This document shows, in pieces, positions 1 through 11,660 of a stretch of 23,572 nucleotides of DNA. The translations under genes and the position numbers were made by a program. Positions within the stretch are counted from its first letter, which is position 1; every line of letters starts with the position of its first letter. Source of the DNA: Candidatus Hydrothermales bacterium (lineage in GTDB: Bacteria > Hydrothermota > Hydrothermia > Hydrothermales > JAJRUZ01); NCBI GenBank assembly GCA_039630575.1, contig JBCNUW010000026.1, positions 1-23,572 on the forward strand. Direction: 5' to 3'. The notes beneath the pieces were generated by a model. That model saw only the letters and a program-made list of their open reading frames with translations. It did not search any database and was not told the DNA's origin.

Positions 1-213
1 ACATTTTTTACCTTTGCATCGACATAAGCTTTACAAAAAAAATATATTTCTTCAGGTTGAAACAACTGGTGGAGTTCTCTGAAATCAATCTTTTCATTTA
101 TAAAAAAATCAAGATCTATAGAATATCTATGATTTAAGTAATAATATATTGCGGTTCCACCAGCCAGATAGAATCCCTTATCTAATATGTCTTTTATTCT
201 TATGACTACAATT

Positions 214-3288
<3,075 letters not shown>

Positions 3289-3304
3289 TTTAAAATCTCC
3301 TTGT

Positions 3305-4119
3305 TTATAACTCACTAATTAGTTCCAAAAGTCCAAAACCCTGACCTGTTCTTACTCCAAGCCCAAAATCATAAATAAACTGAAGCATCCAAGGAGAAGA
3401 TTCAAGAATAAAAACGCCTTTAAACCCCTTTAAAAACCCTCCATAATGCTTTACATAAACTTCTTCTATACTTCTGTCTTTAAAAATAGAACTTAACTTA
3501 CCCTGTCTTATTAAAACAGAAGTCTCCATTTTTGATAAAGGAGTTAATATTAAATGTGTTTGTGTTCTTCCCCCCTTATTATTTCATACTTTTCAAGCAT
3601 TCTCTTTTGAAGTATTTTATTAAATTTTTCTAAATTTTCTTCATCAGGAACAATAAACCACTTTTCAAAGTTCTTAGGATCTTCCTCTGGATTGTTTAAA
3701 ACACAAATACCAACAGTTTTAAAAATTGCACAACTACTTTTTATTTTCGTATTTTTATTTAAAAGAATATCTTTTATTGGAAAAAGTTTTTTATTAAGTT
3801 TTAAACCACCATTTTCTTTTTTTATTTGAAGAACACCATTATAAAAATAAGAAAATATTTCCATATCACCGGTTGAAAAGATGAGATTAAAAGGTGAATT
3901 AACAATCAATTTTTTATCCTCAACATCATCAATCATTTCAAATTCATTACCAAGAAAAACCGAAAATGTAAAGGGCTTTAATTTTTTAACCGAATAAATT
4001 TCCTCAAATTTTTTGCTCTTTGTAAAAACACCTTTTATAAAAGAGATAAAATATCTTCTATAATCACGAGTTATACTTAAAGGCTCTCCTTTATCTCCAA
4101 AAACAATTTTTAATTGCAT
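3305..4119 (-). CDS. cas6: CRISPR-associated endoribonuclease Cas6, split by a single -1 frameshift near 3570-3575
   Basis: ORF 3550..4119 has DYRRYFISFIK...KPFTFSV. ORF 3305..3529 has the G-rich loop GLGVRTGQGFG. The downstream frame is open from 3583, and adding one G to the G6 run (3570-3575) joins the two into one 271-aa protein. Confidence 0.88.
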
Positions 4120-4155
4120 TTTTTTATTTTAAAGCTTTTTAATATGTTTAATCAA
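4120..4155 (-). promoter_or_regulatory. Putative sigma70-type promoter of the cas operon giving a leaderless cas6 mRNA
   Basis: Minus strand reads TTGATT-N18-TAAAAT-AAAAAA-ATG, with no SD before the cas6 ATG. Confidence 0.5.
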
Positions 4156-4157
4156 AA

Positions 4158-4454
4158 ATGAGACAGATTAAAAAATTAAGGATAATGGGAATAAAAATAA
4201 TTTTAACAAAGGAAAATATAATTTTTCCCTGCGGAACAAATTTAAAAGATGAACTTGGTTGGTGGGAAAATGACACTATATACATTTACAATAATCAATT
4301 AAATGGATGGGAAAAATTAGGAATTTTACTTCACGAGTTTGTTGAAATGGTTCTTGTAGAAAAATTGCATTTTTCTAAAAAACAAGCTCATTTTATTGCA
4401 AACATTTTTGAATTTATTTTTACTTTAGGAAAATGTACAGATCAAGTATGGTGA
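4158..4454 (+). CDS. Small hypothetical protein with a zincin-like HExxE...H motif
   Basis: IYIY strand followed by GILLHEFVEMVL...QAHFIA. The true start may be ATG 4185. Divergent from cas6 and overlaps the convergent 584-aa gene by 13 nt. Confidence 0.55.
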   Translation: MRQIKKLRIMGIKIILTKENIIFPCGTNLKDELGWWENDTIYIYNNQLNGWEKLGILLHEFVEMVLVEKLHFSKKQAHFIANIFEFIFTLGKCTDQVW

Positions 4455-6196
4455 AGAACAGAAGGGGTTATAGGAAATAAAAAAGGATCTCTTGCTACAG
4501 GATTAGTATGAGAAATAATATAATGAAGATAAGTAGGATCTATTTCTTCATATATTTTTTCATTCTCAAATGTAATATACCATTTCTTTGGTATTCCGTA
4601 TTCTTCGGCATAAATATATTTTCGTGCATGTGAATCTTCTACTATTTGTTTTATCTCTATAATAAAAACTTGAAATTTATTAAACATCTTTTCGTATATC
4701 TCTTTCAAAGTATCACATATCTTTTTGAATTCTTGTTGTGTAAATTTTTTATATATCTCTTCTGGTCGGGGATGACTAAGTTGATTTCTATATTCATTAA
4801 TTTTTTTTAATTTATTAATTATGTCTTTATCTGTTACATTCTTTTTTTCTAATATATTAATTAACTCACCCAAGGTGAGTTTTTTTCCTTTAGAGAATTC
4901 TTCTTGGATTTCTTGTCTTTTATCTTTTAAAAGTTGAATTTTACCCCCGCATATTTTATAGCTCACTATAAAAGGAGTAAAATAAGAAAGAAAATACTCA
5001 AAGTCCAAAAATAACTTTTTTAAATTTTCACAAATCCTCTCCTTTCTTTCTTCGTGGGAAATAACACCTGAAATTTCATTATAATAATTTTGAATTCTCC
5101 TTATAATTCCATCCTTATTAAGTTTCTCATATTCAATTCTCACACAAGGAACTTCAAAACCGAGGGCAAGAAGAATAAGGTAATAAAGAATTTCTATGCT
5201 CCTTTCTTTTTCTAATTCAAATATAACTTTTTTAATTTTTTCACTATTTGGAATTGTTTCTTCGAATATGTAATAGATAATAGTTGAAGGAGAAAAATGG
5301 TCTTTTAATTTACCTATTGTAAGGTCTGGTATTTCCATTATATACTCATAAATCTTATCTACCATACTAAGGTCTTCTGAATAACCTCTTTCTTTTATTT
5401 CCTCTTCAAACCTTAATTTAAAATTATCATCTTTTTCCATATAAACAGCTATCTTTTCTGACAGAAGTTTAACTGGATCTTCTACTTTTTTTCCTCTAAA
5501 AGAGATATCTTTTATTACACCATATTTAGTAATTATATAACAATTTATAAACTCTTTATTATCTTCTTCGTCTTTATAGGCTAAATAAAAGGCATCATAC
5601 CATTCAGGAAATATTTCTTGCCATTCTCGGATAGAATTAAGTATTTCCTCGTTACTTTTTTCTATAAGGTTGTCATAAAACTTTTCTATTTCTTCCTTAC
5701 TAAAAAAAGAGTAAATTAACTGAATGATTAATGCTATTTTATCCATCTTTTCTTTAAAGTTTAATTTTGCAACTAATTCGTCATAGATCTTTTTGATTTT
5801 TTTATTTTTTATATAAGTTTCGAAAAGAAAATTAAATATCACCTCCTTCCCTAATTTTGCTTCTAATTTATTTATGAGGTGAATAAAATAAAATATATCT
5901 CTAAAAACACCTTCTTCTATAATAGAAGAATAAAAAAATGGAGGAGTAAGAATTTCTTTTGGAGTAGAAATTTTATTTTGTGACTCTATTATTCCTCCTA
6001 TTCCGTAAATATAAGGAGGAAAAGATATTACCACAGGCAATCTGTGAAATTTTATATATTCCTTCCAAATATCTTTAATATCTTCCGCCTTCTTATTTTC
6101 AAAAAGTCTCTCTAAGTAAGGTACTCCCTTTATTTTTTCTTTAAAAAGATCATAAGCCTTTTTTATTACTGGGGATTCACAATTTTTATTTTTCAT
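4442..6196 (-). CDS. Uncharacterised 584-aa protein with a C-terminal HEPN-like RNase domain
   Basis: Long ORF with strong SD GAGGAGG. Segment DFEYFL...KLTLGELINIL...INEYRNQLSHP gives an R-N-x3-H motif (R470/H475) in typical HEPN helical context. Confidence 0.7.
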   Translation of the reverse strand: MKNKNCESPVIKKAYDLFKEKIKGVPYLERLFENKKAEDIKDIWKEYIKFHRLPVVISFPPYIYGIGGIIESQNKISTPKEILTPPFFYSSIIEEGVFRDIFYFIHLINKLEAKLGKEVIFNFLFETYIKNKKIKKIYDELVAKLNFKEKMDKIALIIQLIYSFFSKEEIEKFYDNLIEKSNEEILNSIREWQEIFPEWYDAFYLAYKDEEDNKEFINCYIITKYGVIKDISFRGKKVEDPVKLLSEKIAVYMEKDDNFKLRFEEEIKERGYSEDLSMVDKIYEYIMEIPDLTIGKLKDHFSPSTIIYYIFEETIPNSEKIKKVIFELEKERSIEILYYLILLALGFEVPCVRIEYEKLNKDGIIRRIQNYYNEISGVISHEERKERICENLKKLFLDFEYFLSYFTPFIVSYKICGGKIQLLKDKRQEIQEEFSKGKKLTLGELINILEKKNVTDKDIINKLKKINEYRNQLSHPRPEEIYKKFTQQEFKKICDTLKEIYEKMFNKFQVFIIEIKQIVEDSHARKYIYAEEYGIPKKWYITFENEKIYEEIDPTYLHYIISHTNPVARDPFLFPITPSVLHHT

Positions 6197-6412
6197 TCTT
6201 CCTCCTCATTATTTTCACACTTTGAGTAGGGAGAGTTTTTATTATATATAATTTTTTATAAAGAAAACAAATTATTTTGATCCCTTTTAACATTATTTAA
6301 ATCTTAGTCTCAAAAAATAGTTTTTACTATTTTAAATTTCTTTCACTTATTTTCAAACTAAAAATTCTTCAATGATATTTTATAATTTTTAAAATTGCGA
6401 AACTTAAGTATT

Positions 6413-6685
6413 TCACTTTCCAAAAATTGACCAGATGCCAATTCCTATGAATACTATTCCAACAAAAATCTTTAAATACCTATATGGAAAAACAAAACAA
6501 AGAATTTTTCCTAAAGCAACAGATATAAGAGTCGCAAGAGCAAGTCCTGAAATCACACCAATATATACTGTTACTGGATTATATTTTGTCGCAAAACACA
6601 TCGCTGCAAGTTGAGTTTTATCGGCAAACTCCATTAAAAATATAGTTCCTACAATTAAAAAAAGTTCTTTTAATATACCGCCCAT
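6413..6685 (-). CDS. TMEM165/GDT1 (UPF0016) family membrane protein, single-repeat form
   Basis: IFLMEFADKTQLAA resembles the E-phi-G-D-K-T motif (Ala in place of Gly), with three hydrophobic segments. ATG 6685 follows SD AAGGAG; the ORF track starts at GTG 6691. Confidence 0.85.
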   Translation of the reverse strand: MGGILKELFLIVGTIFLMEFADKTQLAAMCFATKYNPVTVYIGVISGLALATLISVALGKILCFVFPYRYLKIFVGIVFIGIGIWSIFGK

Positions 6686-6687
6686 AA

Positions 6688-7596
6688 TCACTCCTTTTTA
6701 TTTTCATAATTTAACAAAATATCTTTTAAAGATCTTTCTAAATCAGGATATAAGAATTTAAAATTCTCTTCTAAAATTCTTCTTGGAATTATTCTGTTAT
6801 TAAAGAATACTATCTCATCAGCCATATTACCCATTAGGATTTTAAAAATAAAATTTGGGAATCTTAAAAGCCTTTTATTTAAAATTTTTGAAAGAGTTTT
6901 ATAAAAATCTATAAGTTTTATAGGATTAGGAGATACTAAATTGTAAACACCTTTTGAATTTTTGTTTTTTAATAAAAAAATTATCGCATTTATAAGATCT
7001 TTAATATGAATAAAAGAAATGAAATTTTGAGGTTCACCAATTAAGAATAAAAAAGGAACCTGAGGAAATGATAAAATTTTTGAAATAAACCCACCTTTAC
7101 CAAAAACTATTCCTATCCTTACTATACATCTTCTTATTCCAATTTTTTCTACTTCTTCAGTTGATTTTTCCCATTCTATACATACTTTGCTTAAAAAATC
7201 ATTTCCAGGTGGTGAAAACTCATCTTTTTCTTCATAAGAATTTCCATAATAACCAATTGCAGATGCTTGAATTAAAAGTTTGGGTCTAACCTTTTTTCTT
7301 TTTATATACTCTATAATTCCTCTTCCAGCATTTACCCTACTTTCAATTATTCTTTTCTTTTTATTCTCATTATAGAATAAAGAAAAAATACTTTCACCAG
7401 CAAGGTTTATTACCGCATCTATTTCTTTTAGATCTTCTTTTATCTCTTTACCGTCCCAAAGTAAAAAGTTTATTCTTTCATTAAACCCTTTTTTTACACT
7501 TCTTGTTAAAACATAAAGAGTGTGTCCTTCTTCTAAGAGTTTTAAAGAAAGTTCTTTACCGATAAAACCTGTTCCTCCTGTAATAAGTATTTTCAT
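6688..7596 (-). CDS. TIGR01777-family NAD-dependent epimerase/oxidoreductase
   Basis: ILITGGTGFIG Rossmann motif, plus AVINLAGE, SRV, ASAIGYYG, DFLSKVCIEWE, FIHIKD and GVYNLVSPNP. Confidence 0.92.
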   Translation of the reverse strand: MKILITGGTGFIGKELSLKLLEEGHTLYVLTRSVKKGFNERINFLLWDGKEIKEDLKEIDAVINLAGESIFSLFYNENKKKRIIESRVNAGRGIIEYIKRKKVRPKLLIQASAIGYYGNSYEEKDEFSPPGNDFLSKVCIEWEKSTEEVEKIGIRRCIVRIGIVFGKGGFISKILSFPQVPFLFLIGEPQNFISFIHIKDLINAIIFLLKNKNSKGVYNLVSPNPIKLIDFYKTLSKILNKRLLRFPNFIFKILMGNMADEIVFFNNRIIPRRILEENFKFLYPDLERSLKDILLNYENKKE

Positions 7597-7599
7597 TAT

Positions 7600-8319
7600 T
7601 TAAATTAAATCCATAATTTTTTTATATTTTTGAGTTCTTAAGTTATTACCTTCTTTTTGTATTAACCAGGTCATCCAGCACATTTCTACACATCTTATAC
7701 CTGTTTCATTACTAATTTTTTTAACTTTCTCAATAAACTTTAAATTATCTTCTTCCTCTTCTAAGCCTCCTTCTTTAAAGATTTTGTTTAAAACTCTTTT
7801 AACAATTTTATCAGGCATGACTGTATCAATACCACCCATCATTTTGAGGTACTCAAAGGTCACAAGCCCAACTCCCTTAATTTTTCCAATAGGATCTTTT
7901 TTAAAATTATAAGTATCTGCATTTTTTGCCCAAGTTCTCAATGCTTCTTTATCCGAAAGTCCCTTTTCATTTTTTAATTCACACAAATATTTTGAAATTT
8001 CTTTTATAACATGCCATGACCTTTCGTTTCTCCATATATAAAAGGCTTTTTTATAATCAAAATTTGCTAAATCACATAAATTTTTTATCATTCCTTTATC
8101 AACAAAATCCTCTTTAAATTTAAATACCTTTGGAACTACTGCTGTGAAATAGTTAAGACCAATTGATGTAAAGGCTGCATCTATTATCATTAAACAAACA
8201 TTTCCTCCCCATCTTTCTGTTTTTAAACATCTATCGCAATAGTGTTTTAAATTATCTACTTGGGAAAGATAGTAACTTAAGATCTTTTTTATTTTTAAAT
8301 TACTTTTTCTTTTTATCAA
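7600..8319 (-). CDS. Uncharacterised HhH-GPD-superfamily (DNA glycosylase-like) protein
   Basis: IGKIKGVGLVT helix-hairpin-helix followed by DTVMPDKIVKRV, with Asp at the GPD position. The TTG start is uncertain. Confidence 0.6.
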   Translation of the reverse strand: MIKRKSNLKIKKILSYYLSQVDNLKHYCDRCLKTERWGGNVCLMIIDAAFTSIGLNYFTAVVPKVFKFKEDFVDKGMIKNLCDLANFDYKKAFYIWRNERSWHVIKEISKYLCELKNEKGLSDKEALRTWAKNADTYNFKKDPIGKIKGVGLVTFEYLKMMGGIDTVMPDKIVKRVLNKIFKEGGLEEEEDNLKFIEKVKKISNETGIRCVEMCWMTWLIQKEGNNLRTQKYKKIMDLI

Positions 8320-8839
8320 CAGGAACTTCTATTTCAACTAATTCAATTATGTCTTTGTATTCTTCAAATCTTTCTAAATTTGGTACTATTTGAATTTCTT
8401 CTGTTTTTTCAAATCCTTCAAGCAGTACATTCTTTATAGCTTTGTTTAGTCTCCAGTTAAGGATCATACCACCTTTTATTTTTTCAGAAATAAATTTCGG
8501 AAAACCGCTTTTTTCAGATTTTATTGCCTCATAGTATTTTAATAATTGATGCAAAAACTCACCGGTTATATCTTCTTTTGCTTTTAACTCTACCAGAATG
8601 CCTATTTCTTCTTTTTCATCAAATACTAAAAAATCAACTTTCCCTTCTTTAATTATTTGATCTTCATACATTATATCTACTTGAAGCTGTTCAAGATATT
8701 TTAATTTATTTTTTCTGAATTCATAGGCGAGTGCAACTTCGTACTTAGGCTCTTCAATAAACCCAAAGGGTCCCAATTCGTTATAAACTTTTTGAGCAAG
8801 TTCTTTTATTTTTTGTTTTAAGTCTTTTAACTCTTCCAT
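8300..8839 (-). CDS. GxxExxY-family PD-(D/E)XK nuclease-like protein
   Basis: VYNELGPFGFIEEPKYEVALAYE, then KVDFLV...VELKA...QLLKY. Strong SD AAGGAGGAGG. Confidence 0.82.
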   Translation of the reverse strand: MEELKDLKQKIKELAQKVYNELGPFGFIEEPKYEVALAYEFRKNKLKYLEQLQVDIMYEDQIIKEGKVDFLVFDEKEEIGILVELKAKEDITGEFLHQLLKYYEAIKSEKSGFPKFISEKIKGGMILNWRLNKAIKNVLLEGFEKTEEIQIVPNLERFEEYKDIIELVEIEVPVDKKKK

Positions 8840-8855
8840 GCCTCCTCCTTTTTAT

Positions 8856-9200
8856 TTAACAAGTTAAATGTAATGCGCAAACAACTTTTTTATTTTGTTC
8901 AACATATTCGTTAAATATTTTAACTGCCTCTTTTGTGGTTTCTATTATAACTCTTATTCCCTCTTTTTCAAGTTCTTTTATAATTTTTTCAGGAACTTTC
9001 ATAACACCTGAATATCCGGTTCCTATTATAAGTATCTCCGGTTTATATTCAAGGATTTCTTTTAAATCTTCCATACATAGAGAGTGTCCTTCTTTTCTCC
9101 ACCAGTTTTCCTTTATTTTATCCGGAAATATTATCAAATCTCTTGTATATTTTTTTCCTTCTATAATAATTTCACCAAACTCATATTTTTCTATTTTCAT
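8856..9200 (-). CDS. Mth938-like domain protein (DUF498/AAMDC family)
   Basis: YEFGEIIIEGKKY..D, WWRKEGH, PEILIIGTG and C-terminal ALHLTC. Confidence 0.93.
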   Translation of the reverse strand: MKIEKYEFGEIIIEGKKYTRDLIIFPDKIKENWWRKEGHSLCMEDLKEILEYKPEILIIGTGYSGVMKVPEKIIKELEKEGIRVIIETTKEAVKIFNEYVEQNKKVVCALHLTC

Positions 9201-9601
9201 TTTAAAAATTCCTCCAACAATTTTATTGAAAACTCTGCACCCTTTAATGCTTTATTTGCATCTTTTTTTCTGTATTTTTCAGATGGAATAAAATCTATAT
9301 CTCCATAAAAAGCAAGTTCTCTTTCTTTTCTTAACCATCCAGAAATTTCAGCATATTTTTTAAATTTTTTTCTAAACTGAAAATATTTATCAGAAAGTTC
9401 TATTACTAAATCACCAACGTCATGCCATTTTGGTGGATCAATTCCTGCGCTTCTTAATATTCCTTTTCCGCATAGTTCAACTATTTCTTGTGATTCTCTT
9501 ACAACATCTGCATAGCTTTTTTCATTAAATAAAACTTTTAATGCTTCAAATCTTTTTTTACATCTTTTTAAATATTCATAAGCAAGTTCTTTTGTATTCA
9601 T
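9197..9601 (-). CDS. HEPN domain protein of an MNT-HEPN pair
   Basis: YADVVRESQEIVELCGK, PPKWHDVG and RKERELAFYG. ATGA overlap with the upstream MNT gene. Confidence 0.88.
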   Translation of the reverse strand: MNTKELAYEYLKRCKKRFEALKVLFNEKSYADVVRESQEIVELCGKGILRSAGIDPPKWHDVGDLVIELSDKYFQFRKKFKKYAEISGWLRKERELAFYGDIDFIPSEKYRKKDANKALKGAEFSIKLLEEFLK

Positions 9602-10110
9602 ATTTCTACACCAATCTTTACATCTACATCTTTTTTTATAATCCAGTAATATCCACCCTTTTTATATATTTTTTTTGCACCATACTCTTTGAGTTTATTA
9701 CTTAGTTTTTCTAAATAATTTTTAAAAAATTTATTCTTATCAAAAAGAATTATAGAATCATCAATCATGTCAAGATATATAAAACCACCATATTCTACTT
9801 CATTAGGTTTTTTTATTATTGGAGAAATTTCAATAAAATAATTTTTTTCTCTTAATTTTTTTAATTTTTCTTTTAAGGGTCTTTCTATATTTTTCATAAA
9901 ATCTAAAATTCTCTTTGTTCTTCCCTTTGGTAAATTTTCACAGATTATAAGAAGATCAATATCAGAAAAAGGATTAGTTTTATTTTTAGCGACTGAACCG
10001 AAAACCACAAAACTTATAAGATTTTTTTTGTAAAAATTTTTTACATTTTTAAAAATTTCTTTTATGATACTCCTATAGGGCTCCTTTAAATGGTAGATAT
10101 GTACTACCAT
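9598..10110 (-). CDS. Minimal nucleotidyltransferase (MNT) of an MNT-HEPN pair
   Basis: VVFGSVAK...SDIDLLII (GS-x10-DxD polymerase-beta motif), directly upstream of the HEPN gene. Confidence 0.9.
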   Translation of the reverse strand: MVVHIYHLKEPYRSIIKEIFKNVKNFYKKNLISFVVFGSVAKNKTNPFSDIDLLIICENLPKGRTKRILDFMKNIERPLKEKLKKLREKNYFIEISPIIKKPNEVEYGGFIYLDMIDDSIILFDKNKFFKNYLEKLSNKLKEYGAKKIYKKGGYYWIIKKDVDVKIGVEI

Positions 10111-10319
10111 AAAGTTTAACTTTTATTAAATAAAGAATATTTTAAAAAATATAAAAAAATCAATATTCTCCCTTACTTTATGATTTGTGAAATGGCTGCA
10201 GAAAATTCATATAGAATCTAGTATAGTATTTTCTCATTCTATGTTTTGATACCAAAATATCAATTACTAAAAAGCTGAAAGAGTAAATAATATTTTTTAC
10301 ATGAAATTAAGTAGAATTA

Positions 10320-10349
10320 TTGAATTTTTATGTTTATCTTCGTTAGAAT
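10320..10349 (+). promoter_or_regulatory. Putative sigma70-type promoter of the R-M operon
   Basis: TTGAAT-N18-TAGAAT, 9 nt before ATG 10359, with no SD. Confidence 0.35.
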
Positions 10350-10358
10350 AGAAAATTA

Positions 10359-11645
10359 ATGAAAACTTGGCATAAAATAATTATTGGTGATTCAAGATAT
10401 ATGAAAGAAATTGAAGATGAATCTATTCATCTTATTATTACATCTCCACCATACTGGCAATTAAAAGATTATGGAGACAGTAGACAAATTGGGTTTAATG
10501 ATACTTATGAAGAATATATAAATAATTTAAATTTGGTATGGAAAGAATGTTATAGAGTATTGCATAAGGGATGTAAGTTATGTATTAACATTGGAGACCA
10601 ATTTGCTCGTTCAGTTTATTATGGGAAATATAAAGTCATCCCAATTAAAACTGAAATTATTAAATTTTGCGAAACCATTGGTTTTGATTATATGGGTGCA
10701 ATTATTTGGCAAAAAGTCACTACTTGTAATACTACAGGAGGAGCTACTATAATGGGCTCTTATCCTTATCCAAGAAACGGAATCGTCAAATTAGACTATG
10801 AATTTATTTTAATTTTTAGGAAACCCGGGAAATCACCTAAAGTAAGTAAAGAAATAAAAGAGAAATCTAAATTAACACTCGAAGAATGGAATGAATATTT
10901 CAAAGGCCATTGGAATTTTCCAGGTGAAAAACAAGATAAACATCTTGCAATGTTTCCTGAAGAACTACCAAGAAGATTAATTAAAATGTACAGTTTTATA
11001 GGTGAAATTGTGTTAGACCCTTTTCTTGGGAGTGGTACAACTTCTTTAGCTGCTAAAAAGCTGAATAGAAATTCAATTGGATATGAAATTAACGAAAATT
11101 TTCTCCCTATTATTAAAGAAAAACTCGGTATTCTTAGAAAAGATATTTTTGAAGATGCTACCTTTGAAATAATCAAACAAGAAGAATATAAAATAGATTT
11201 TAAAAAAGAAATTCAAAAGTTGCCTTATATTTTTAAAGATCCTGCTAAACTTGATAAAAAAATCGATCCCAAAAAATTAAGATTTGGTACAAAAATAGAT
11301 AGTTTTTCTTACAAAAATGAAAAATATTACACGATAAAAGAGGTAATATCACCAGAAATTATAATTTTGAATAATGGATTAAAAATTAAACTAATAGGAG
11401 TGAAAACAAAGCCCGAAAAAGCAAAAGAAGCAATTCAATTTTTAAGAGAAAAGACAAAGGGCGAGAAAGTATTTATAAAATTTGACACTTTTAAATATGA
11501 TAAAGAGAATAATCTATTAGTTTATCTTTATTTATGGAACAAAACATTTTTAAATATGCATTTGGTTAAAAACGGCTTAGTGGAAGTAGATACTTCTTTT
11601 GATTATAAATATAAAAACAAATTTTTAAAATTAAAAACGAAATAA
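10359..11645 (+). CDS. Beta-class N4/N6 DNA methyltransferase (probably m4C) with a C-terminal SNase-like domain
   Basis: ITSPPY (motif IV) precedes HLAMFPEEL...VLDPFLGSGTT (motif I). Residues ~323-428 follow the staphylococcal-nuclease pattern (EVISPEIIILNNGLKIKLIGV...YDKENNLLVYLY...FLNMHLVKNGL). Confidence 0.92.
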   Translation: MKTWHKIIIGDSRYMKEIEDESIHLIITSPPYWQLKDYGDSRQIGFNDTYEEYINNLNLVWKECYRVLHKGCKLCINIGDQFARSVYYGKYKVIPIKTEIIKFCETIGFDYMGAIIWQKVTTCNTTGGATIMGSYPYPRNGIVKLDYEFILIFRKPGKSPKVSKEIKEKSKLTLEEWNEYFKGHWNFPGEKQDKHLAMFPEELPRRLIKMYSFIGEIVLDPFLGSGTTSLAAKKLNRNSIGYEINENFLPIIKEKLGILRKDIFEDATFEIIKQEEYKIDFKKEIQKLPYIFKDPAKLDKKIDPKKLRFGTKIDSFSYKNEKYYTIKEVISPEIIILNNGLKIKLIGVKTKPEKAKEAIQFLREKTKGEKVFIKFDTFKYDKENNLLVYLYLWNKTFLNMHLVKNGLVEVDTSFDYKYKNKFLKLKTK

Positions 11646-11660
11646 ATAGAAAAGATTGGT

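Noticed and set aside
3289..3304. CreTA-like RNA toxin-antitoxin between cas6 and cas8
   Set aside because: Only 16 nt separate the genes, leaving no room for it.
3305..3529. Independent 74-aa gene
   Set aside because: It is the C-terminal part of Cas6; the frame stays open upstream of its ATG and there is no SD.
4442..6196. Cas13-like or Csx1/Csm6-like effector
   Set aside because: Only one convincing HEPN motif (the second candidate is weak and hydrophobic), no adjacent array, no recognisable CARF domain, and no type III genes in view.
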